Shown here piece by piece: positions 56,436-64,000 of a DNA stretch of 64,000 nt; within the stretch, counting starts at the first letter, position 1, and each line of letters starts with the position of its first letter. The notes under the pieces are model-generated. The model saw nothing but the letters and a program-made list of their open reading frames with translations, did no database searches and was not told the origin of the DNA. Position numbers and translations under genes: made by a program. This stretch comes from a candidate division Zixibacteria bacterium RBG-1. Lineage in GTDB: Bacteria > Zixibacteria > MSB-5A5 > DSPP01 > RBG-1. The stretch spans positions 40,825 through 104,824 of the forward strand of contig AUYT01000001.1 of assembly GCA_000447245.1 (NCBI GenBank). The letters run 5' to 3'.

Positions 56436-56642
56436 CGGCGGCATTGTCACTTGTGCATTTTAGGCAATTTTACCCTCTAATTTAGTGAAAATTTCTCCTA
56501 TTTTCTGAGCTTATCTCCCTCATTTTGCTCCCTTTTTATACAATTTTTTTTTATATTTTTTCCTGTATAAATCTTGCTCCGCAAAATGCCGAAATAATAG
56601 GTGAGTGCAGCTTTGCCCGGACACTTTGAACCCAGGAACCAA

Positions 56643-57014
56643 ATGTTGACCCGAAAAGTCCTGATTGTAGATGACAACATCAATATGTCCAGTTTGTTAG
56701 GGGATATTTTGGAGGTATTTCAGTGTCAAAGCACCCAAGCCAACGACGGCGAAGAAGCCCTGCGGTTTCTGAAAGAAGAAGAGTACGACTTAGTCATAAC
56801 CGATATGCGGATGCCCAAAATGAGCGGGCTGGATTTATTGAGATTTGTCAAAGATAATTATCCTAAGCTGCCGGTGGTGGTCATTTCCGGTTTTAACTTA
56901 GGACCGCCACAGGATGCTATGGTGGCTGAAATTGCGGATGGTTTTTTGAGCAAGCCCTTCAAAGTTGAAGATATAGAAAAGCTTCTAAAAAAATTGTTGA
57001 AAATTCCTACCTAA
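56643..57014 (+). CDS. Stand-alone response-regulator receiver (CheY-like) protein
   Basis: KVLIVDDN, DLVITDMRMPKMSG (phospho-acceptor Asp), VVVISGF, GFLSKPF. Start set at the ATG at 56643. Confidence 0.85.
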   Translation: MLTRKVLIVDDNINMSSLLGDILEVFQCQSTQANDGEEALRFLKEEEYDLVITDMRMPKMSGLDLLRFVKDNYPKLPVVVISGFNLGPPQDAMVAEIADGFLSKPFKVEDIEKLLKKLLKIPT

Positions 57015-57030
57015 ATTAATAAAAAATTCT

Positions 57031-58647
57031 CTACAAACAGCATTCCCTATTTTTCACCGGTGCTGGACCGGATTTAAAAATAAAATTAATTAGGTACATA
57101 ATATCTGAGAGTTGAATATTACTATCAGCATTGGCATCACCTCGGCAGAAAGGATTGGGGGCGGGTTGAGATTTGAAGAGATAATTGATGAGGGTAACAA
57201 TATCAGGTAAAAGAATTTTATTATCTGCCGTAGCATCTCCGGCTAAAGCAATACAGTCAAATTGAATACATTTAATGGTGAGGTAATCATAACTACTGGG
57301 ATAGGACAACCTACTCGAACTACCCACTACATAAACATTCCCTTTATCATCAACTTTTAAAGCGGAAGGAAAGTCATTACCGTTGGCGGGACCGTCGTAA
57401 TGTCTTACCCAGACTGTATCCCCTTCTGGAGTATACTTAAGCGTGGCATAGTCATAATCAAGATAAAGGTTACTGCGACCAGTAACATATACATTTCCAA
57501 AAACGTCAACGTCTAAGGCAATGGCTATTTCATCATTGTCCCAAGGACCGTTATAAACTCTTTGCCATACGACATCTCCATTAGCAGCATACTTTATGGT
57601 ACCGTAATCCGTGTTTGGAAATGATCCAACTACTCCCGTCACGTACACATTTCCACTGTCATCAACTGTTAAAGCTCTAGATTCATCACTGGAACCATAT
57701 AGTCCACCATCGTGATATTTTAGCCATAAAAGATTTCCATTAAGGTCATACTTGAGGGTAACATAATCAAATAAAGTTACAGTATCAGATGTCCTGCCCG
57801 TAACATAAACATTCCCACTCCTATCTATATCTAAATCCCAAGGAATGTCGGAGCCGTGAGCTGGTCCGTCGAAACGCCGCAACCATAGAGTGTCTCCGTT
57901 GGGAGAATACTTAATAGTAACTATATCCCCAAAAGTGATGGTATCAAAACTAATACCAGTCACGTACGCATTCCCGCTGTCATCCACTGTTAAAGCAGTA
58001 GCAATATCATCACTGTTTCCGGGTCCGTTATAACGTCTTACCCATATTGTATCTCCATCTGGACCATACTTTATGGTAGCGTAGTCATCTCCTGTAATAC
58101 CACCCCAACTTGTGCCTGTCACATACACATTCTCTTTTCCGTCGATTGCCAAAGTGGTGGCCAGATCTCTGTTATTCACAGGTCCATTATAGCGTCTGAC
58201 CCATAGTATGGCACCATTACTAGAATACTTTATTGTGGCGTAATCAAAATAAGTTACTCCCCACTGGCCATCACTACTCCCAGTTACATATACATTACCT
58301 TTTCCATCTACTTTTATAGAAGTAGCAATATCGTCACCCGAAGCGGGTCCGTCGTATGTTCTTACCCATAAGATATTTCCATTAGGTGCATACTTAACTG
58401 TTGTATAATCAAGATAAGTGCCATTGCCATAGCTACCACCAGTCACATATACATTTCCGCTATCATCCACGGCCAATGCAGTAGCTGAATCTACTCCATT
58501 TCCCGGACCATTATAACGTCTTACCCAAGCCGTGTCCACCTGAGCCAAGACAGAAATATTGAAAAGAAATGTTAATAATAGTAGAATAGCTTTTTTGACT
58601 TTCAAACTTCCCTCCCTAAATTTCTCTGTGGCAGTAATATAATACAT
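57031..58647 (-). CDS. Secreted SBBP-type beta-propeller repeat protein with a C-terminal double dockerin-like module
   Basis: About 8 repeats of W.RRYNGPGN..D.A.A..VD.SGNVYVTG....DY.T.KY. C-terminus GDATADNKILLPDIVTLINYLFKSQPAPNPFCRGDANADSNIQLSDIMYLINFIFKSGPAPVKNRECCL. Confidence 0.85.
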   Translation of the reverse strand: MYYITATEKFREGSLKVKKAILLLLTFLFNISVLAQVDTAWVRRYNGPGNGVDSATALAVDDSGNVYVTGGSYGNGTYLDYTTVKYAPNGNILWVRTYDGPASGDDIATSIKVDGKGNVYVTGSSDGQWGVTYFDYATIKYSSNGAILWVRRYNGPVNNRDLATTLAIDGKENVYVTGTSWGGITGDDYATIKYGPDGDTIWVRRYNGPGNSDDIATALTVDDSGNAYVTGISFDTITFGDIVTIKYSPNGDTLWLRRFDGPAHGSDIPWDLDIDRSGNVYVTGRTSDTVTLFDYVTLKYDLNGNLLWLKYHDGGLYGSSDESRALTVDDSGNVYVTGVVGSFPNTDYGTIKYAANGDVVWQRVYNGPWDNDEIAIALDVDVFGNVYVTGRSNLYLDYDYATLKYTPEGDTVWVRHYDGPANGNDFPSALKVDDKGNVYVVGSSSRLSYPSSYDYLTIKCIQFDCIALAGDATADNKILLPDIVTLINYLFKSQPAPNPFCRGDANADSNIQLSDIMYLINFIFKSGPAPVKNRECCL

Positions 58648-58710
58648 AAGTTGATAAAGAGCAAGAAGTAGTTGCTTTTTAAAGCTTATCCTGTATTATT
58701 TACTACTTTA

Positions 58711-59400
58711 ATGAGTGGAATCGAAGAAAATTTAAGCCGACTTAGAGCTAAAATTTTCAAAGCTTGTGAAAAAGTAAAAAGGAATCCCCAGGAAATAAAA
58801 ATAGTAGCAGTTACCAAGAATGTAGCGGTCGAAAAGATAAATGAGGCTCTCGACTGTGGGATTGAAATAATCGGAGAAAATAAGGTCCAGGAAGCCCAGG
58901 CCAAGTATGACCAGATAGATAAAAAAGTTTTGTGGCATCTGGTAGGGCATCTGCAGACCAATAAAGTCAAAAAAGCCCTGGAGATTTTTGAGATGATACA
59001 ATCGGTGGACAGTTTAAAGTTGGCGGAAGAAATAGACCGCAGAGCTAAAGAAAAAAATGAAATTTTTCCGATTCTAATTGAAGTTAATACCTCAGGGGAG
59101 CCGACCAAGTATGGAGTAAAACCGGAACAGACCGAAAATCTAATTAGAGAGATGCAGAAACTGGAGAATTTAAGGATTAGAGGATTAATGACTGTCGGAC
59201 CTGCAAGCGATGATAAGCAAAAAGTTCGTCAGGCCTTCCGGCAGCTAAGAGGAATTTATGAAAAACTGGAGAAAGTAAAAATGTCTAATCTTGAGTTAGA
59301 GTATTTATCTATGGGAATGAGCTCTGATTTTGAGGAAGCTATCGAAGAAGGGTCCAATATGTTGAGAATCGGGACGGCCATTTTCGGTCCCAGGAGTTAG
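58711..59400 (+). CDS. yggS: YggS-family pyridoxal-phosphate homeostasis protein
   Basis: VAVTKN (PLP lysine), WHLVGHLQTNKVK, SMGMSSDFEEAIEEGSNMLRIGTAIFG. Confidence 0.9.
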   Translation: MSGIEENLSRLRAKIFKACEKVKRNPQEIKIVAVTKNVAVEKINEALDCGIEIIGENKVQEAQAKYDQIDKKVLWHLVGHLQTNKVKKALEIFEMIQSVDSLKLAEEIDRRAKEKNEIFPILIEVNTSGEPTKYGVKPEQTENLIREMQKLENLRIRGLMTVGPASDDKQKVRQAFRQLRGIYEKLEKVKMSNLELEYLSMGMSSDFEEAIEEGSNMLRIGTAIFGPRS

Positions 59401-59403
59401 AAT

Positions 59404-59934
59404 ATGAAGCTGACAGCTCTGGATATCAAAAAACAGGAGTTCTCCAAGGCCTTTCGGGGTTTTGATAAGTTGGAAGTATCCGCTTTTTTGGAAATCGTGG
59501 CTGAAGAGTTTGAGCAGCTATTAGGCCTAAACAACGGACTGCAGGAAAAAATCAAAGAGCTGGAAGAATCTTTGGAAAATTATAAAAAGATGGAGGAGTC
59601 CTGGCAGAATACCCTGGTAACCGTGCAAAAATCATTGGATGAAGCCAAGCTGGCGACTCAAAAAGAAAGCCAGCTAATTTTAAGAGAAGCCCAGGTCCAA
59701 AGAGAGCAGATTTTAAAAGAGGCCGAAAAAGAAGTCTATACTTTAAAACAAAAAATGTCTCGCCTGCAAGAATTAAAACAGGAGTTTTTGACTCACTTTA
59801 AAGCCTTCTTGGATAACCAGGATAACCTTTTGGACAACTTTGCCCAGGATAAAAAAATCGAAAAAATCGTGGAACAGACCTTCACTGACTTAGAAAGGGT
59901 GGAAAAAGAGGACCTGCCGGATACGGAAGTCTAA
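59404..59934 (+). CDS. DivIVA-domain cell-division protein
   Basis: MKLTALDIKKQEFSKAFRGFDKLEVSAFLE N-terminal DivIVA motif followed by a coiled coil. Confidence 0.8.
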   Translation: MKLTALDIKKQEFSKAFRGFDKLEVSAFLEIVAEEFEQLLGLNNGLQEKIKELEESLENYKKMEESWQNTLVTVQKSLDEAKLATQKESQLILREAQVQREQILKEAEKEVYTLKQKMSRLQELKQEFLTHFKAFLDNQDNLLDNFAQDKKIEKIVEQTFTDLERVEKEDLPDTEV

Positions 59935-59936
59935 TT

Positions 59937-60770
59937 ATGTCTACCCCTAATTTAAAGCAGCAGATTACCGAAGCTGTTAATTTCATCCGCACCAAAACCA
60001 AATTAGAACCCCGGATTGGAATTATCTTGGGGACCGGCCTAGGGTCTCTGGCTTCCGGAATTAAGTTGGAGACGACGGTGGGATATGAAACCATTCCCCA
60101 TTTTCCGGTTTCTACGGTGGAAAGCCATGCCGGAAAACTTTTATTCGGAGATTTGAGTGGTAACAAAGTGGTGGCCATGCAGGGCAGGTTTCATTATTAC
60201 GAAGGGTATTCGATGCAGCAGGTTACTTTTCCGGTGCGGGTTATGAAGGCCCTGGGAATTAAAATCTTGATTGTCTCCAATGCCTGCGGCGGTTTAAATC
60301 CGCAGTTTAAGTCCGGAGATTTGATGTTGATTACAGACCATATCAATCTGCAGGGAGATAATCCTTTGATTGGACCCAATGATGAAACTTTGGGACCCCG
60401 TTTTCCGGACATGTATAATTGCTATGACAAAGAGTTAGTCCAGCTGGCTGAAAATGTGGCTTTGAATTTAGGGATGAAACTGAACCGGGGAGTTTATGTT
60501 TCAGTTTCCGGACCGAATCTGGAAACCGCGGCTGAATATCGGTTCTTGAGAACCATTGGGGCGGATGTTGTAGGAATGTCCACGGTTCCCGAAGTAATCG
60601 TAGCCCGGCATCAGGGAACCAAAGTTTTGGGATTTTCTATTATCACGGATATGGGACTGCCGGACGCTTTAAAACCCACCAGTCTGGAAGAAATCATCGC
60701 CTGCGCCAATAAGTCTGAACCGCTTCTAAGACAACTTATCTCCGAGGTTGTTGAAAAAATCAAGTTCTAA
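59937..60770 (+). CDS. Purine nucleoside phosphorylase (trimeric PNP/PunA type)
   Basis: IGIILGTGLGSLA, GRFHYYEGY, VSGPNLETAAEYRF, GADVVGMSTVPEVIVARH. Confidence 0.9.
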   Translation: MSTPNLKQQITEAVNFIRTKTKLEPRIGIILGTGLGSLASGIKLETTVGYETIPHFPVSTVESHAGKLLFGDLSGNKVVAMQGRFHYYEGYSMQQVTFPVRVMKALGIKILIVSNACGGLNPQFKSGDLMLITDHINLQGDNPLIGPNDETLGPRFPDMYNCYDKELVQLAENVALNLGMKLNRGVYVSVSGPNLETAAEYRFLRTIGADVVGMSTVPEVIVARHQGTKVLGFSIITDMGLPDALKPTSLEEIIACANKSEPLLRQLISEVVEKIKF

Positions 60771-60845
60771 TGGTTAGACTCGTTCCCCTGCGGGATAAAC
60801 CGATATGTCAGAGTGAATAAACTCACCATAAACGTATAATTATTT

Positions 60846-63800
60846 ATGTATCAGGAATTCGGGAAGAAATTTTCTTTTCCGGAATTAGAGGAGGAGATTT
60901 TAAAATTCTGGAAAGAAAATAAAATTTTTGAGAAATCACTTGAAATCCGTCAAAACTCCCCTCGTTTTGTCTTTTATGAAGGTCCACCCACGGCTAACGG
61001 CAGACCCGGAATTCATCACGTGATTTCCCGGACCACCAAAGACTTGGTCTGCAGATACAAAACTATGCAGGGGTTTCTGGTGGAAAGAAAAGCAGGCTGG
61101 GATACCCACGGTCTGCCGGTGGAACTGGAAGTTGAAAAAGAGCTGAAATTAGAAAATAAAGCCAAAATTATCGAATACGGGATTGCCAAGTTCAACCAAA
61201 AGTGCCGGGAATCGGTTTTTAAATACAAAAAAGACTGGGACTGGCTGACCGAAAGAATCGGCTACTGGCTGGATTTGGAGGATGCTTACATCACCTGCTC
61301 CAATGAATATATTGAAACCATCTGGTGGATTTTATCCGAGTATCACAAAAAAGGAATGATTTACAGAGGGGACAAGATTGTTCCCTGGTGTCCCCGCTGT
61401 GGTACAGGTCTCTCCAGCCACGAAGTAGCTTTAGGGTATGACCAGGTGGAAGACCCTTCGGTTTTTGTGAAAGTAGCTTTAGAAGATAAGCCCGACACTT
61501 TTTTCCTAGTCTGGACAACCACACCCTGGACTTTAATCTCCAATGTTTCTCTGGCTTTAAATCCGGAGGCTACTTATGTGGAAGTCTTGCACAATAAGGA
61601 GAAATTGATTTTAGCCAAAGACCGCTTGGAAGTATTGAAGGGTGATTATACGATTGAAAAAGAGTTCAAAGGCAAAGATTTAGAGAAAACCAAATATAGA
61701 CCTCTGTTCACCTTTGTTAAAATTGACAAGCCGGCCTATTACTCCAACGTGGCTGATTTTGTCAGCTTAGGAGAAGGAACCGGGATTGTGCATATTGCAC
61801 CGGCTTTCGGAGCTGATGATTACAATTTGGGACAAAAGTATAATTTGCCCAAGCCGCAACCGATTGATGATGCCGGAAAGTTCACTGTTGAAGTTACCCA
61901 CTGGCAAGGGATGTTTATTAAGGATGCCGACCCTCTGATTATCCAGGATTTGAAAAAAAGAGGGCTTCTATATAAAGAGGAAAAATATCTGCACAGTTAC
62001 CCTTTCTGCTGGAGATGCGATACACCTTTGATTTATTATGCTAGAAAATCCTGGTACATCAAGACCACTGCTTATAAAGATAAGCTGATCAAAAACAACA
62101 ATATGATTAACTGGGTTCCTGCTGAAGTAGGTAAAGGGAGATTCGGAGAATGGCTGGAAAATAATGTGGACTGGTCTTTGTCCCGAGAGAGATTCTGGGG
62201 CACCCCTTTGAATATCTGGGTTTGTGAAAAATGCCAGAGTGAGAAATCTATTGGAAGCATCGGTGAATTAAGAAAATCAGGCGAAAATATTCCCGAACCA
62301 TTAGATTTGCACAAACCTTATGTGGACCAAATAAGTTTGAAATGTGAAAAATGCCAAGGCAAAATGGTCAGAACACCGGAGGTAATCGACGTCTGGTTTG
62401 ACTCCGGGGCTATGCCATATGCTCAGTGGCATTACCCTTTTGAAAACAAAGATAGATTTGAGAAAAATTTCCCGGCTGATTTTATCTCCGAAGCCATTGA
62501 CCAGACCCGGGGCTGGTTTTATTCCCTGCTGGCAATTTCTACTTTCCTATCCGACCAGCCCGCTTATAAGAATGTTATCGTAATCGAATTCATTCAGGAT
62601 AAATTCGGCCAGAAGATGAGTAAATCCAAAGGCAATGTGGTGGAACCGGAAACGATTCTGAATAAAGACGGTGCAGATGCTTTGCGCTGGTACTTACTTT
62701 CGGTCAGCCAGCCCTGGATTCCTACTAAGTTTGACCCCCAAGGTGTGACTGAGGTTACAAGCAAATTTTTAGGGACCCTGGTTAACACTTATTCCTTCTG
62801 GGCACTGTATGCCAACATTGATAAATTCAAACCTAATCAGGTTGAAATAGAAGTCGCAGAAAGACCGGACATCGACCGCTGGCTGGTATCTAAATTAAGC
62901 AGTTTGGTGCAAAAAGTTAACCGATCTTTAGAAGAATATGAGCTGACCAGAGTGGCTCGCTGGATTTCTGATTTTGTAATCGATGATTTATCCAACTGGT
63001 ATGTCAGAAGAAACCGCCGCAGATTTTGGAAATCCAAAGAAGATAAGGATAAATTATCCGCTTATCAGACCTTGGGGGAAGCCCTGGTCACGGTTTGTAA
63101 ATTATCTGCTCCCTATATCCCTTTTACTTCGGAGAAAATTTATCAGGAGCTGGTGGCCAAGGTTGTGCCTGGTTCTCCCCGAAGTGTTCACCTGGATAGA
63201 TTCCCTCAAGCCGAGACGACTTATATCGATTCGGCTTTGGAAGAAAAAATGGAGGATTTAATCAAAGTGGTAACTTTGGGTAGGGCTTGTCGTAATAAAG
63301 CCAAAGTAAAAGTAAGACAACCCTTAGAAGAGATGCTGGTGGTTCTGCCGGACAGTGAAAAAATCAAAGCCGTTCAAGAGCTTTCCTATTTGATAGCCGA
63401 GGAAATCAATGTCAAGAAGGTAAATTTTCTGGACAAGAAAACCAGTCTGGTCACTTATCAAGCCAAGCCCAATTTTGCTAATTTGGGACCGAAGTTCGGG
63501 GCTAAGGTAAGCAAGGTGGCCAATCGCATCTCCGCTTTGAGCCCGGTCGAGATTGAAAGCCTGAAAAAAAACGGAAAAATCACTTTACAAATTGAAAACG
63601 ACACTATAACTTTAGAGACCTTTGACCTGGAGGTAGTGGAAAATCCGGTGGAAGGGTTCGCGGTGGAGACAGAGAATGGCTATCAGGTGGCTCTGAAATT
63701 GGCCCTGACCGAGGAGTTAAAAGATGAAGGATTTGCCCGGGAGCTGGTCAATAAAATTCAGACTCAGAGAAAAGAGTCCGGGTTTCAGGTTACCGACAGG

Positions 63801-63974
63801 ATTAAAATTGCTATGCAGGTATCAGATAGGATAAGAAAAGCGGTGGCAGGTTTTAAAGATTATATTCAAAAAGAGACCTTAGCCGATGATATTATTTTGC
63901 AGGAGAAGGAGAGCGACTTCAAATTGTGGGATATCAACGGAGAAAAAGCTTACATTCGCCTGCAAAAGGTATAA
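60846..63974 (+). CDS. ileS: Isoleucine--tRNA ligase (type 2, long form)
   Basis: PTANGRPGIHHV (HIGH region), WTTTPWTL editing-domain motif, KMSKSKGN. 1042 aa. Confidence 0.95.
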   Translation: MYQEFGKKFSFPELEEEILKFWKENKIFEKSLEIRQNSPRFVFYEGPPTANGRPGIHHVISRTTKDLVCRYKTMQGFLVERKAGWDTHGLPVELEVEKELKLENKAKIIEYGIAKFNQKCRESVFKYKKDWDWLTERIGYWLDLEDAYITCSNEYIETIWWILSEYHKKGMIYRGDKIVPWCPRCGTGLSSHEVALGYDQVEDPSVFVKVALEDKPDTFFLVWTTTPWTLISNVSLALNPEATYVEVLHNKEKLILAKDRLEVLKGDYTIEKEFKGKDLEKTKYRPLFTFVKIDKPAYYSNVADFVSLGEGTGIVHIAPAFGADDYNLGQKYNLPKPQPIDDAGKFTVEVTHWQGMFIKDADPLIIQDLKKRGLLYKEEKYLHSYPFCWRCDTPLIYYARKSWYIKTTAYKDKLIKNNNMINWVPAEVGKGRFGEWLENNVDWSLSRERFWGTPLNIWVCEKCQSEKSIGSIGELRKSGENIPEPLDLHKPYVDQISLKCEKCQGKMVRTPEVIDVWFDSGAMPYAQWHYPFENKDRFEKNFPADFISEAIDQTRGWFYSLLAISTFLSDQPAYKNVIVIEFIQDKFGQKMSKSKGNVVEPETILNKDGADALRWYLLSVSQPWIPTKFDPQGVTEVTSKFLGTLVNTYSFWALYANIDKFKPNQVEIEVAERPDIDRWLVSKLSSLVQKVNRSLEEYELTRVARWISDFVIDDLSNWYVRRNRRRFWKSKEDKDKLSAYQTLGEALVTVCKLSAPYIPFTSEKIYQELVAKVVPGSPRSVHLDRFPQAETTYIDSALEEKMEDLIKVVTLGRACRNKAKVKVRQPLEEMLVVLPDSEKIKAVQELSYLIAEEINVKKVNFLDKKTSLVTYQAKPNFANLGPKFGAKVSKVANRISALSPVEIESLKKNGKITLQIENDTITLETFDLEVVENPVEGFAVETENGYQVALKLALTEELKDEGFARELVNKIQTQRKESGFQVTDRIKIAMQVSDRIRKAVAGFKDYIQKETLADDIILQEKESDFKLWDINGEKAYIRLQKV

Positions 63975-64000
63975 AGGGGCGGCTTTTTAGAGGAGGCTGG

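Noticed and set aside
26373-58647. Calling the region a cellulosome locus
   Set aside because: I saw no cohesin-like scaffoldin and no glycoside hydrolase in the window. The tagged proteins are a protease and repeat/propeller proteins, so only the dockerin-like fold resemblance is claimed.

Overview
The window looks like chromosomal DNA from an uncultivated, probably anaerobic bacterium. G+C is moderate to low by eye, and gene junctions are tight, often ATGA overlaps. No rRNA, CRISPR array, transposase or integrase was seen. All calls rest on motif recognition by eye; no database search was run.

**Layout**
- **1-9762 (minus):** an eight-gene hdrC-hdrB-hdrA-mvhD-mvhG-mvhA-protease-hypF cluster. 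The HdrA carries an inserted GltD/NfnB-like NAD(P)H module.
- **9.9-26.3 kb:** mostly housekeeping genes: rubrerythrin-like, asnA, PAP2, rsmI, S9 peptidase, PspC cluster, pcm, holA, DUF255 thioredoxin-domain protein, transglutaminase-like protein, tRNA-CAT. This stretch also holds a 1.2-kb ORF-free AT-rich gap with a tRNA-like 3' fragment, and one AT-rich orphan gene.
- **26-59 kb:** an exoproteome-rich region. Seven secreted proteins each carry a duplicated dockerin-like (EF-hand) module. They are an S8 protease, FG-GAP/VCBS repeat proteins, a TolB-like propeller and an SBBP propeller.
- **Interspersed in 26-59 kb:** an aeRF1/Pelota-like protein, a CPA2 antiporter, a cusCBA-type RND operon extended by two YHS proteins, selD, and an Fe-S/ferredoxin/FNR group.
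- **58.7-64 kb:** yggS, divIVA, a purine nucleoside phosphorylase gene and ileS.

**Most noteworthy**
- The dockerin-like module has a recurrent Cys pattern and, in five of the seven proteins, a near-terminal Cys-Cys. No cohesin partner was recognised.
- selD is a UGA-encoded selenoprotein with a hairpin immediately downstream. The six-frame ORF track misses its N-terminus.
- One dockerin gene has an abrupt codon-usage switch and is flanked by GC-rich hairpin repeats.
- Operator-like GTCAA/TTGAC modules recur upstream of two adjacent Fe-S/redox transcription units.
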